Below are positions 25,818-38,483 of a DNA stretch of 64,000 bases, piece after piece; the stretch's first letter is position 1; each line of letters begins with the position of its first letter. Both the position numbers and the translations under genes were made by a program. A model generated the notes under the pieces. That model was not told the DNA's origin. It saw nothing but the letters and a program-made list of their open reading frames with translations, and ran no database searches. The stretch is taken from NCBI RefSeq assembly GCF_026571515.1, contig NW_026865957.1, positions 186,001 to 250,000 on the forward strand, in the 5' to 3' direction. This stretch comes from Ruditapes philippinarum. Taxonomy: Eukaryota.

Positions 25818-28735
25818 TTATTTAGGTGGGTATGCGGGGTCATAAAGAGGCGCGTTTCCAGGCGGTGGGGGAGGGTACATCTGTGGAGGCTGGTTTCCGG
25901 GGTGAAATCCAGGTGCCCCGGGAGGAGGTCCGTGGTAGCCCGGCGCTGGAGGTCCTTGTGGATCTGAAATGTCAAAATATAAAAAAGTTATTCTGAATAT
26001 TAAATGAGCCGCGTCGCGACAAAACCAACATAATTGGTTTGCGACCAGCATGGATCCAGACCAGCCTGCGCATCCGCGCAGTCTGATCAGGATCCATGCT
26101 GTTCGCTTACCAACTCTATCACAAGTAGAGAAACTGATAGCGAACAGCATGGATCCTGATCAGACTGCGCGGATGCGCAGGCTGGTCTGGATCCATGCTG
26201 GTCGCAAACCCATTATGTTGGTTTTGTCATGACACGGCTCAATTATCAAATAGCACCAATCCTACTGGATAGATGCATTGCTTCCGTGCTTATCATGTGT
26301 GATTGATCAGATACTTGTGCAAGCCCAAAACTACATGTACATTATTGTTGTGTGTACATATTATGTGATATTTTTAGATTCCTTGTATTTGACATTTGAA
26401 GGTTCTATGATAACCGCCGTGTGAACAAATCTGGGGATGTTTCTAAATTCAAAACCTCACCATTTTCATGATTAAATGTTGAAAACTGCTGTAACCGGTG
26501 CTAGGGTGCGCGGACGTTAACTTACTCATTCTGACCAAGCCTGCAACATTTGCAATTTTGTCGTTTTGAGCGAGTTTTTAAAAGGGGTTTCGTGTTTTTC
26601 TTTATTGAATACAATTGGCTTGCCGAAGATGGTCGTAATAGACAGGTATAACAAGAATGTGTACCCTTTTACAGCCGGCCGTAAGAATAAGTTATGAGTA
26701 TATGCCTTGCTTGAGATAATCACAATATACCAGCAGAACAGGTTTGACTTTGTAACATGCCAATGATGGTTGTAATAGGTAAAAAAGTTGTGCCGTGCCA
26801 GGGATGGTCAGAGTTAGATGTAACAACATTTACATGCCGTGTAGATAATAGGGGCTAAAAGCAAGTATAACAAAGCTCGAATTTGTAGATGTGAAACATT
26901 GTCCCAAATCTTTGTCAGCAATGGTTGTCGTTATAGACGGGTAAAACAAAAAGGTTTGTCTCAATAGACTTACAATGTGTGAGTGAATGTAGGGAATGCA
27001 AATGATGGTCGTGACAAAGGTTTTAACATATCTTAAAAGGGTTGACTTAATAGGCATGAATAGCAAATAATGAATGTACCGTGCAAATGATGAGAATACC
27101 AGACATCTGCATAAAAGCTTGTATTTGTGCCGTGCAAAGGAGGTCGGATTTGACAAGGGGTAGCTAAACAGTAAATTGTACAAACCCCGACCTACAGACG
27201 TTTGCACCGAGATATGACAAACTACAATATACTAGTAATCCTTCACAATTTTTATTGTAACCACTTAGATGGGGTAAATGAAATCTGAAATATGGTGGTT
27301 TTGAATATTTTAAGGAACATATACTATATACCGGTATTTCCCGATAAAGCATGGATTATAATAATTATAACACCGGCAAAACTTACTATATGGTGGAGGT
27401 TGAATCACTGTTACAGTAGGAGGAGCATTATTCTGTGGCGGATGATTGACGACTCTTCCTCTCCTCTTTGTCATTTGCTGCTTGCAGACTATGATCACAA
27501 CAACTATAATAACAATGACTATGATTCCCCCGACGACGGCGCCGGCAATTGTGCCTACCTCTACACAACAGCCGTAACTAGAACTGTAATAATCACCACA
27601 GCAACCATTTTTACAGTCGTAAGTTGTCCTATAATACGTGTTGTAGCAGTACTCTGCCGATATACCTATAACATAAAAAACAAAAACATTTTTACTCAAT
27701 GGGAATTAGCAGTGAGGCGGAGACAGCTGGTTCTAATCCTAAAGACTCGTGGGGACATTTCAACTTCATGAAATCCCGATTTCACCATTTCATTTTCAAG
27801 AATTCACGATTTCTATTTCATAAATCCACGATTTCAAATTTACGAATGCGTGATTTCAACTTCGTGAAATTGCAATACCATCATTTCAACATCACGAATT
27901 CACGATTTTAATTTCATGAATTCACGATTTCAACTTCATGAATTCATGATTTCAACTTCACGATCGAACTGATTTCAACTTCATGAATTAATTAACGATT
28001 ACAACTTCACGAATTCGTGAATTTATGAAGCTGAAATCTTGATTCCGTGAATTCCGTATCTTGAAGAGTTTAAACCGCAAATTCACGAAGTTAAAATTGT
28101 GAATTCATGAAAATGAAATCGGGAATTCATAATGTTGAAATGTCCCCACCAGTATTTCGTAAAATCCTGCTATCTACGTGGAGTCATGGTAACAGAACTT
28201 GATGTCTTGTTTGATTTTATACCGATTGTAACACATTTGCATTTATAATTCGGCGGTCGATCATTAACCGGCTTAACTGGATGATTATAATCAGAATTAT
28301 CAGTAATAAATTACTAATTTCATCGAAAATAATTGATTACTTATCTCAAATGTTTCCGAACCAGCGATGAGAGACAAAATACTCATGTATTATCACGGGG
28401 AAATAACGCCCTGCCCGAAGATCGAACCAGTGGAAAGTGACACGCCCCCCTGCCAGGTTACTAAATTACTAATATAACATTTTATCGAGCTAAGTGGGTG
28501 CACATCTTATCTGAATGATTTAAAGTTTTCTTACATAATGTAAAATACCGGTTTGCTAAGCCTAGATTATTACAAGAAATTTCAATAAAAAATGTTCAAG
28601 AGAACTATAATGTGAAATAAAATGATTTTGATCTAAACTATAGTGAATTAAAGAAATAAGTAATATACACTAACCCTTTAGAAACAAAATAAGTAGTAAA
28701 ATAAAAGTTGAGCTGAACATTTCCTGCAAATCCAT
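25818..28735 (-). CDS. Shisa-like/CYYR1-like protein, gene B1 (161 aa); exons 28675-28735, 27387-27665, 25818-25963
   Basis: MDLQEMFSSTFILLLILFLK|G; CYNTYYRTTYDCKNGCCGDYYSSSYGCC; TM; QPPPY; 146-nt Pro-rich last exon, same length as gene A exon 3; canonical phase-1 splice sites. Confidence 0.85.
26004..26242. mobile_element. Palindromic MITE, ~240 bp, in B1 intron 2
   Basis: About 100-bp inverted arms; absent at the equivalent B2 site near 34436. Confidence 0.9.
27741..28162. mobile_element. Foldback-like element built from ~21-bp units (ttcaacttcacgaattcacgat) in B1 intron 1
   Basis: ggggacatttcaac...gttgaaatgtcccc inverted ends; the internal units flip orientation. Confidence 0.75.
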
Positions 28736-29965
28736 GATTGTATATATCATGTCCACATTTTATGTCACAAGAAAATTATTTCAAAATTTTACATTCGATT
28801 TTATTTTGCTTAAAGCTGTTACATTGAAAGGGATTTGAAACTGTAATAGGCTTAGTGTATTGAATTAAATAACTAGATTTTGAAAATGTTGGAGGTTTAA
28901 AGGCATACATCGACGCAACTTAAAAAAGAAACTTTCTTATTGTTAAAACATACTTTTTAAGCTTGGCCTTTGAATTGTTCACTGACCAAAGATAATAAAC
29001 GCATTTTATATTAAATTTTAACCATTACCCATTATAATCATTAATGGACTTGTCCATCTTCCAATTTGGATAAAACCATTTATCATTTAAGGGCAAAATT
29101 CCATTAGGTATTTACCAAATAGCTAACAGTGCAGACCAAGATTCAGGCGGTGTGGGTGTGCTGGTTGATATTGGTCTGCATTGCTCGCATGGATCGAATC
29201 GATTGCCGCCTGTAAGGATTAAAGACAAACATGTTAAAATCTGCCTGCTTGATGAATATTTTTACTTTTTGGTCGAGCAGTGTCTTTAATATTCATGTAC
29301 AGTGAAACCATGAAAGTGGCATAAACAATTGTAAAACTTATTTATATTCACGTATACATTTGTGTAGGGATAAGCAATCAGAAATTCCGTAATACTATAA
29401 TAATAAGGAATAGTATTATATTGCATACAATAAGTGCAGAAAACATATTAGACAAAATTGTCAAATTCCATCCATCTCGTATGTAAAACAATTAATAACA
29501 TTTGTATTAAATTAAAATAAATTATATATTACATCTAATTAATTCTTTCATTTTAATTTAATTTAATTAATTGATTTATTAAATTGAATTAAATTAAGTT
29601 CTGGTTGCCCAGGAGGTATATGTAACACTCGAAAAATATGCACGTTTAGTAAAGGTCCATTATGTCACAGATATGCTTTTATTTTTTCAAAAGCTTCTTC
29701 TTTTTGGTTTCTTGTTATAGTTTCCAAAAAGTAACTAAAGCTAGACCAATAATTTGAACAATCTTTTGTTTCTTTTTCTTTCTGGGAATAAGTACAGTAA
29801 TAGAGATTTAATATTTTGTATGGAAGTCAAAATACTCTATTTTGGTTACATTTTGTTACTTTTGTGACAAAATATTTCACATTCAGTACTACTTCCTTCA
29901 AAAAATAAGCATCTAGCATTATAAACATTATAATATTCATATTTGCTCTTTCTAAATAAGGGAAA

Positions 29966-30204
29966 ATGAGCCGCGTCACGACAAAACCAACATAATGGGT
30001 TAGCGACCAGCATGGATCCAGACCAGCCTGCGCATCCGCGCAGTCTGATCAGGATCCATGCTGTTCGCTATCAGTTTCTCTACTTGTTATAGGGTTTGTA
30101 AGCGAACAACATGGATCCTGATCAGACTGCGCGGATGCGCAGGCTGGTCTGGATCCATGCTGGTCGCAAACGCACTATGTTGGTTTTGTCGTGACGCGGC
30201 TCAT
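29966..30204. mobile_element. Palindromic MITE
   Basis: Full-length; an equivalent copy sits at the same site in the other duplicate (38246-38483). Confidence 0.9.
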
Positions 30205-30850
30205 TAATGTATTCAATTCTGATGCATAATGTGGCTTTAAAATGTAGTTGATTATAATAATTTTCCTTAGCTGAATCTTTACAGTTTCAAGTATTACCAT
30301 GACACCCGCGCCTTAACCAGTTGACTTTTCAGTAGTCAGCCTTCTTAACAATAGAGTTTTAAAATCAAAAGATCCTGACACCGGGAAGACAAGAACAATA
30401 TAAAACACTGAGATAATGTACGGATTTTTTTTTACAAATTCCAAACTGTATGCTCTGCTTCATTTGAGGTATAATGTTTAATGTTACATCCATGTTACAC
30501 AACTACCACAAGAGATAAAAGGTCTAAAGTGCTGATATTAACACATAATACATATACATGTGTCATTTGTTAACGCTGTTGCAACTTCATTGATACAAGG
30601 CCTATATATTACAGTAGATCATTTCTATTTATATTAACTGGACTTCCATGACTATTTTTCTCAAAGTAAAACTTTAAAACCTGTGTCACTGACTAGTTTA
30701 AAATGTCTCATACGTTTGAAACAGTTAACAGCAACTTCTTTCTATCACTATTTTATCTGTTCAGTTGTATTTGCTCTTAAAAGTCGTCTCTTTTCAAAGC
30801 CAACGGCGTTATCAATTCAAACGTTTCAGGTGTTGCTTTTCGTGATTACT

Positions 30851-31846
30851 TTATATACTGTACGGTGGCGGTGGAGAATTATTGCCAATTGTCCGATTAC
30901 ACTCGTTGGTATTCTGATGCGGTTGCCATTCTATTATCTGGCCGGAAGTGTTTCTACCAATAGTATTTGACGCATGCGTGCCATGAACGGAAGCTGAGTC
31001 GATATAATATGGCGGAGGAGCCATTGGTTGTCTGAACACCCCTAAAATAATAAAATAGCTTTTTCAGATTTTCTTATTTCAACAGCGGGGATCGGGGTTG
31101 CTTCTTTTCAAAAGAGGCTACGATGTTAGGCTAAATTTGATATGACTCGACAACATAAAGTAAAGTGTGTCTATAAAAGCGGTTTAATGGGTACAATGTG
31201 CACTTTTAGAGCAATGAAAACACATAATAGAATTCAAGGTAAATGATTTGTTATGAAACTTTTCTGTAAACAGGCAAAATTGCCGTTTCCTACTTCTGCC
31301 TAAAACTGTTAGTCTATATATAGTCACCCTTAAACTTTTAAAATTTTCAATTTATATATTTATTATTCATTTTGAGAAAAGGTTGACACTTGTTCACATG
31401 TTTTAACTCTATGAACTTTCTAAATAAATATCGATAGCCGGCTAATCGTATCAATTTTTCTAGGAAGCGCGACTTTTAGAGAGGGGAAAAAACTATTACA
31501 AAAGTTATAAAATAACATTACTCACATTGTAGATGATAATAGTTAAAGTTCCTTCTGTCAGTTCCATCGATACATGCTCGTGGTAGGTTGGAAGGTCTAT
31601 CTTCAGTCATACGTATCGAAATACCGGACGGTCCGGTTCTTCTCCGTGAATCTGTTTTCTTCTTGTACCAAAGGGCGATAAGCAATACAGCTAGCACTGA
31701 TAGTAAGATTGCAGCCACGATTATATAAGCTATGTAAGATGATGTCGCGCAACAATATTTGTCGGGACTATTTCCACAGCAGCCATTGTCACACATGTAT
31801 AACTCATGCCGAACTTCGTTTATGCACTCCGTTTCGCATTGTACCT
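30851..31846 (-). CDS. Shisa-like protein, gene C1; exons 31526-31846 and 30851-31041 intact, signal-peptide exon not found (5'-truncated duplicate or possible pseudogene)
   Basis: CINEVRHELYMCDNGCCGNSPDKYCC + TM + KKK; tail with MAPPPYY and PPPPYSI*. Homology to C2 stops near 32310, before the position equivalent to C2 exon 1. Confidence 0.7.
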
Positions 31847-33652
31847 CTTGTATGGAAGAAAGAAATAGGTATTTAAAGCGCATATCATTAAAGGCTGGTC
31901 GATATGACTACACGATTTAATATCGTCACTATTTCGACAATTTCTTTTCAGTTTTAGACAAGAATCACTCTAACATTTATATAATAGGTTAATGCGTTTA
32001 CAATTATTAGCAAATGCACGAAGACTTGTTCTATTAGATAACTTCAGATGACACTTAGTTTGAATTTTATTCTGATAAAAAATATATCTTAAGAAGCGTC
32101 ATAAGGAAAGTAGTGCAATATTGTTTCAAAGTAGCTATGTCGTTCTCCAATTAATTTCTTAAAACCGATCAAGATTTCACGTACTAACTGTTGAAATGAA
32201 ATAGTATATAGTGATGGCTATTCATCAGTATAAGTCTAATTAATCCTTACCACTCTAAATATCTTAAATGGACTTGTCCATTCTAAAGACTAAACCATTC
32301 ATCATAAATATAAAGTATATTTTGATATTTCTTCATATATGAAATCTGATCCTTTTTAAGATATGATACTGTTGGTATTTTGCGAGGTTTTCTTAAAAAA
32401 AAATGAATTTTCTTTACAATAAAATCATTAAACCAGAAAACCGAAATGCTTTGAAACACTGAGATAAGTATATCAGTATTCTGTGCTCTATTTTTAAACA
32501 CTTGCGCAGTTTTTTCGGTCCACACAAGTCCAAATATTTTTTAAAACATTTTTTGGTTGTTTTCTTTTGTGAGATCGTGCAGTTCTACTTTGTGTGTCGT
32601 TTTCAAAGAAACCTGCCGGAAAGATAAGTTGGTTCATGTCTGAATACGCCTAAGCATTAGCAAATAGTTCTTTTATGTCCACTTTTACAGAACTACTACG
32701 CTCTTTGTCAGATTACTGTATTGTAACATGGCCAGTGATTGGCTGCGAAAAGGGCAGGAAAAACCGTAAGATTCAATGATAAGCATGTAATGTTAACAAG
32801 TATGAAAAATGTTTATGAAACTAACACTGCATTGTTTTCTTAATAAAATGAACTTTACCATATAGGTCTCTAGGATAATTTCTCATTTGGATTTTTGCAT
32901 TTTAAAAATAGTATATGTCAGTCCTGTGATCAGCAGAAAATTTCATTGAAAAGGGGGAATCATCTTTGGAACACTGCGAAAAATGTGGACTGTCAAACCC
33001 TGTATAACAAGGTCAGTTTAGTATGTCAGGTATGTCATTCTTCTAGAAAAACCCCATCTTTAGCATAAATACTCAATTTTAAGGTTAGTTTAGTGGTAAT
33101 TTCTTGTAATGCCAGTCTATGGGAAAATTAATACAGTAGTATGACTTTGTTCTTAAGTTGTTGAACTAAATTGAAAATGTTTTGCATTCTTACTAGTTAT
33201 TACACTTTATTTATAAAAGACTTAGTGCGAGTTTTGTTATTAAATAGCAAGCTAAATCTGAAGATTTGTACAAATAGTGATGAAGAATAAGGTCATTTTA
33301 GAATTTATGCTAAGTTTACAATAATATTTCACATTTTCTTTCATCTTAAAGCAGTACAAATTGTATAATCAGGCCGATGAAAGACATATTAATTGCAGGA
33401 TTGTCCAATTAAGTGGTTGGCATGATCTTTGTAAGAATGTCAATAAATTGTTATGTTTTTAGGCTGTTTGATCTCAAAAAAGCTCCTTTAATTGTCCAAA
33501 TAATTCCATTTATATTTGACCGAGATTGAATAATCCCAGTTGTAAATGATTTCGATAATATTTGACCCCTATAAAACGACCGGCTTTAATCATAACTATT
33601 TTGCTTGTTATTTCCCTTCAATCATTTTAATTGTCTAGGCTACAAACCGACA

Positions 33653-33850
33653 ATGGGGGCCTCCGTGGCTTAAAGTTAAGGTTGCTGACTTCAAACCAAC
33701 CACTACCATTTGCCGAAGTGGGAACAAATGGACTTTAGATTCTCTCATGTGAAGAAGTTGTACAGCTAGCTTACGGAAGGTCGGCCATTCATGAGACCCA
33801 TCTAGTCCTTAAATAATGCACGAACGGAGGGCACATCTTAGGTCTAACCA
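33653..33850 (+). mobile_element. Decayed tRNA-derived SINE (Meta/RUDI-like body); garbled duplicate near 25213-25430
   Basis: ggggcctccgtggc..aagttaagg..gctgacttcaaa head followed by cagctagcttacggaaggtcgg...aaataatgcacg...gggcac, recalled as a mollusc SINE core. Confidence 0.55.
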
Positions 33851-34241
33851 CTAATTATGTTAGACAGGCACCCAATGAACTTGTCATTGTGGACCAAAAT
33901 TACATATGACCCGTTACTTTAAGAATTCTACATCAACGTCTAAGAATAAGAAAATAATACAACAAAATATAACAATAACGACGTTTTATTTTTCATATAA
34001 ATAGTGAACATAATATGTTAATTAAATATATCAAAATCTCCTTTATAACTTTACAAATTTTTCGAGTAAACATCTGAAATATTTTTCGCAAACAATGGCC
34101 TCAAAATAAAATAAATGTATAATCTTAGTTTGCTCTGTTATGTTCTAATAATTTTTTAATAAAGTTCTTATCCAATCATATTTAAGTATGTGACATGATT
34201 CTGTCACTGCTATATGTAAGTACACAAATGTACTTAGTAAT

Positions 34242-37024
34242 TTATTTAGGTGGGTAGGCGGGGTCATAAAGAGGCGCGTTTCCAGGCGGTGGAGGAGGGT
34301 ACATCTGTGGAGGCTGGTTTCCGGGGTGGAATCCAGGTGCCCCGGGAGGAGGTCCGTGGTAGCCCGGCGCTGGAGGTCCTTGTGGGTCTGAAATGTCAAA
34401 ATATAAAAAAGTTATTCTAAATACAAATGTATTAAATATCAAATAGCACAAATCCTACTGGCTATGTGCATTGCTTCTATGCTTTTCATGTGTGATTGAT
34501 CAGATACTTGTGCAAGCCCAAAATTACATTATTGTTGTGCGTACATATTATGTGATATTTCTAGATCATTATATTTGACATTTGAAGGTTCTATAATAAC
34601 CACTGTGTGAACAAATCTGGGAATGTTTCTAAATCAAAATTTCGCTATTTTCATGATTAAATGTTGAAAACTGCTTTTGCCGATGCTAAGGGACGCGGAC
34701 GTTAACTTCAACTTACCAGTACCGTCCATAAACGGGCTCATTCTAACCGAGCAATTTTGTCGTTTTGAACGTTTTTTTTAAGGATTCTGTTTCTTTCTTT
34801 ATTTAATATAATTGGCTTGCCGAAGATTGTCGTAATAGACAACAACAAGTTTATAACAAGTTTTGAATGTGTACCCTTTTACAAACGGTCGTAAGAATAA
34901 GTTAAGAGTATATGCCTTGCGTGAGATAGTCACAATATACCAGTAGAACAGGTTTGACTTTATAACATGCCAATGATGGTTGTAATAGACCGGTAGAAAA
35001 AGTTGTGCTGTGCCAGGGATGGTTGGAGTTAGGTGTAACAACATTTATATGCCGTGTAGATAAACGGGGCTAAAATAGGTATAACAAAGCTCGAATTTGT
35101 AGATGTGAAACATTGTCCCAAATCTTTGTCACGCAATGGTTGTCGTAATAGACGAATAAAACAAAAAGGTTTGTCTCAATAGACTTACAATGTGTGAGTG
35201 AATGTAGGGAATGCAAATGATGGTCGTTTAACAAAGGTTTTAACTTTTAACATATCTTAAAAGGGTTGATTTAATAAGCGCGATTAGCAAATATTGAATG
35301 TACCGTGCAAATGATGAGAATACCAGACAACTGCATAAAAGCTTGTATTTGTGCCGTGCAAAGGAGGTCGGATTTGACAAGGGGTGGCTAAACAGTAAAT
35401 TGTACAAACCGACCTACAGACGTATGCACCGAGATGACAAACTACAATATACTAGTAATCCTTCACAATTTTTATTGTAACCACTTAGATGTGGTAAATG
35501 ACATCTGAAATATGGTGATTTTGAATAACTTATTTAATTTAAAATATACTTTATACCGGTATCTTCTGATAAAGCATGATTATATTAGACAGGGAAAACT
35601 TACTATAGGGTGGAGCTGAAGGTTGAATCACTGTTACAGTAGGAGGAGCATGATTCTGCGGCGGATGATTGACGACTCTTCCTCTCTTTGTCATTTGCTG
35701 CTTGCAGACTATGATCACAACAACTATAATAACAATGACTATGATTCCCCCGACGACGGCGCCGGCAATGGTGCCTACCTCTACACAACACCCGTAACTA
35801 GAACTGTAATAATCACCACAGCAACCATTATTACAGTCGTAGGCTGTCATATAATACGTGTTGTAGCAGTACTCCGCCGATATACCTATAACAAATAAAA
35901 AGTCAATTTTACTTAATGGGAATTAGCAATGAGGCGGAGACAGACGAAATACTGGTGAGGACATGTCAACTTCATGAAATCCCGATTTCATCATTTCAAC
36001 CTCACGAATTAGTCAATTCATGAAGTTGAAATCGTTAATTCATGAAGTTGAAATCGTGAATTCCTGAAGTTGAAATCGTGAAATCATAAAGTTGAAATCG
36101 TGAATTCATGAAGTTCAAATCGTGAATTAATGAAGATAAAATCGTGAATTTGTGAACTTAAAGTCATGAATTCGTGAAGTTGAAATCATGAGTTCGTGAA
36201 GTTGAAATCGTGAGTTCGTGAAGTTGAAATCGTGAGTTCGTAAAGTTGAAATCGTGAATTCATGAAGTTGAAATCGTAAATTCCTGAAGCTAAAATCGTG
36301 GTATGGTGAAATCCGTATGTTGAAAACGTGAATTCACGAAGGTAAAATTGTGACTTCACGAAAATGAAATCGAAAATTCATGAAGTTGAAATGTCCCCAT
36401 CGGTCTTTCGTATAATCCTGCTCTCTATGCGTTTCTCTTTTCAGATAGCCGTGATAACAATTGACTTGGGCAGTACTTTTTATCGTTTAGCTTGAATTTT
36501 ATACCAATTGTAACACATTTTCATTCATAATTCGGCGGTCGATCAATAAACCGGCTTAACTGGATAACAATAATCAGTAATCAATAACTAATTTCACCGA
36601 AAGTGATTGATTACTAATCTCACATGGGTTCTGAATCAGCTGTGAGAGAAAATAGACTCATGTCCGAGAAGTATTGTCACGGGAAAATTGCGCCTTGCCC
36701 CGACGCTCGAACCACTGACCGCCCCGATTACTAACCCAATGCTTTACCTATTGAGCTAGGTGGACATATCTTATCTCAATAATTTAAAGTTTTTTATTAC
36801 ATAAAGTAAAATACCGATATGCTAAGCCTAGATTATAACAAGAAATTTCATAATAGAATGTCAAGAGAAATACAAATGTTCGCTATCATGTGAAACAAAA
36901 TGATTTTGGTCTAAACTATGTTGAATTAAAGAAATAAATAATATACACTAATAATATACTAACCCTTTAGAAACAAAATAAGTAGTAAAATAAAAGTTGA
37001 GCTGAACATTTCCTGCAAATCCAT
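34242..37024 (-). CDS. Shisa-like/CYYR1-like protein, gene B2 (162 aa); exons 36964-37024, 35604-35885, 34242-34387
   Basis: Near-identical paralog of B1 with the same splice sites. Ectodomain CYNTYYMTAYDCNNGCCGDYYSSSYGCC; QPSAPPY at the end of exon 2. Confidence 0.85.
35944..36412. mobile_element. Foldback-like ~21-bp-unit element in B2 intron 1, inverted relative to the B1 copy
   Basis: Left end acgaaatactggtg, right end ggtctttcgta; same flanks as the B1 copy. Confidence 0.75.
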
Positions 37025-38245
37025 GATTGCATATATTATGTCCACATTTTATGTCACAAGAAAGTTATTTCAAAATACTTCATTCGATTGTATTTTGATT
37101 ATAACTGTAATATTGAAAGGGATTTGGAGCTGTAATAGGCTAAGTGTAACTAAATAACTAGATTTTGAAAATGTTGGAGGTTTAAAGGCACATATCGACG
37201 CAACTTAAAAAAAAACTTTCTTATTGTAAAAACATACTTTTTAAGCTTGGCCTTTGAATTGTTCACTGAACGCACTTTATATTAAATTTTAAGAATTTTA
37301 ACCATTACCCATTATAATTATTAATGGACTTGTCCATCTTTCAATTTGGATAAAACCATTCATCATTTAAGGGCAAATTTCCATAAGGTATTAACTAAAT
37401 AACTAACAGTTCAGACCAAGATCAGGCGATACTGGTGTGCTGGTTGATATTGGTCTGCACTGCTCGCATGGATCAAATCTATTGCGGCCTATAAGGACTA
37501 AAGACAAACATGTTAAAATCTGCCTGCTTGATGAATATTCTTACTTTTTGGTCGAGCAGTGTCTTTAATATTCATGTACAGTGAAACAATGAAAGTGGCA
37601 TAAACAATTGTTAAACTTATTAATATGTACGTATACATCTGTGTAGGGATAAGCAAACAGAAATTTCGTAATACTATAATAATAAGGAATAGTATTATAC
37701 TGCACACAATAAGTGCAGGAAACATAGAAAAAGTTGTCAAATTACATCCATCTTGTATGTAAAACAATTAATAACATTTGTATTAAATTAAAATAAATTA
37801 TATATTAAATCTAATTAATTCTTTCATTTTAATTTAATTTAATTAATTGATTTATTAAATTGAATTAAATTAAGTTCTGGTTGCCCAGGAGGTATAATTA
37901 TGTAACACTCGAAAATTATGCATGTTTAGTAAAGGTCCATTATGTCACAGATATGCTTTTATTTTTTCAAAAGCTTCTTCTTTTTGGTTTCTTGTTATAG
38001 TTTCCAAAAAGTAACTAAAGCTAGGCCAATGATTTGAACCATCTTTTGTTTCTTTTTCTTTCTGGGAATAAGTACAGTAATAGAGATTTAATATTTTGTA
38101 TGGAAGTCAAAATACTCTATTTTGGTTACTTTTTGTTACTTTTGTGACAAAATATTTCACATTCAGTACTACTTCCTTCAAAAAATAAGCATCTAGTATT
38201 ATAAACATTATAATATTCATATTTGCTCTTTCTAAATAAGGGAAA

Positions 38246-38483
38246 ATGAGCCGCGTCACTACAAAACCAACATAATGGGTTAGCGACCAGCATGGATCCA
38301 GACCAGCCTGCGCATCCGCGCAGTCTGATCAGGAACATGCTGTTCGCTTTCAGTTTCTCTACTTGTTATAGGGTTTATAAGCGAACAGCATGGATTCTGA
38401 TCAGACTGCGCAGATGCGCAGGCTGGTCTGGATCCATGCTGGTCGCAAACGCACTATGTTGGTTTTGTCGTGACGCGGCTCAA
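38246..38483. mobile_element. Palindromic MITE
   Basis: Duplicate of 29966-30204. Confidence 0.9.

Larger units (their letters stand above)
24940..32310. repeat. Tandem segmental duplication, copy 1 (contains B1 and C1)
   Basis: Collinear similarity to 33397-40570 through introns and intergenic DNA, beginning at caggattgtccaattaagtgg and ending at taaaccattcatcat. Confidence 0.9.

Noticed and set aside
26050-26232. ORFs MDPDQPAHPRSLIR... (also 38292-38528, 38126-38338, 5157-5357)
   Set aside because: Chance translations of the palindromic MITE.
27292-27771. Plus-strand ORFs 27292-27771, 22614-22862, 35623-35898, 42043-42282 and 22085-22270
   Set aside because: Antisense shadows of real minus-strand exons.
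32189-32225. MNSHHYILFHFN|gttagt as exon 1 of C1 (also MRNYPRDLY|gtaaag near 32859-32886)
   Set aside because: They are phase-compatible but not signal-peptide-like, and the first is ordinary intron sequence in C2, which has a much better exon 1.
36690-36765. tRNA-like segments (also 28405-28500 and 61544-61612) as tRNA genes
   Set aside because: Only degenerate A/B-box similarity and no intact cloverleaf; these are likely SINE heads.
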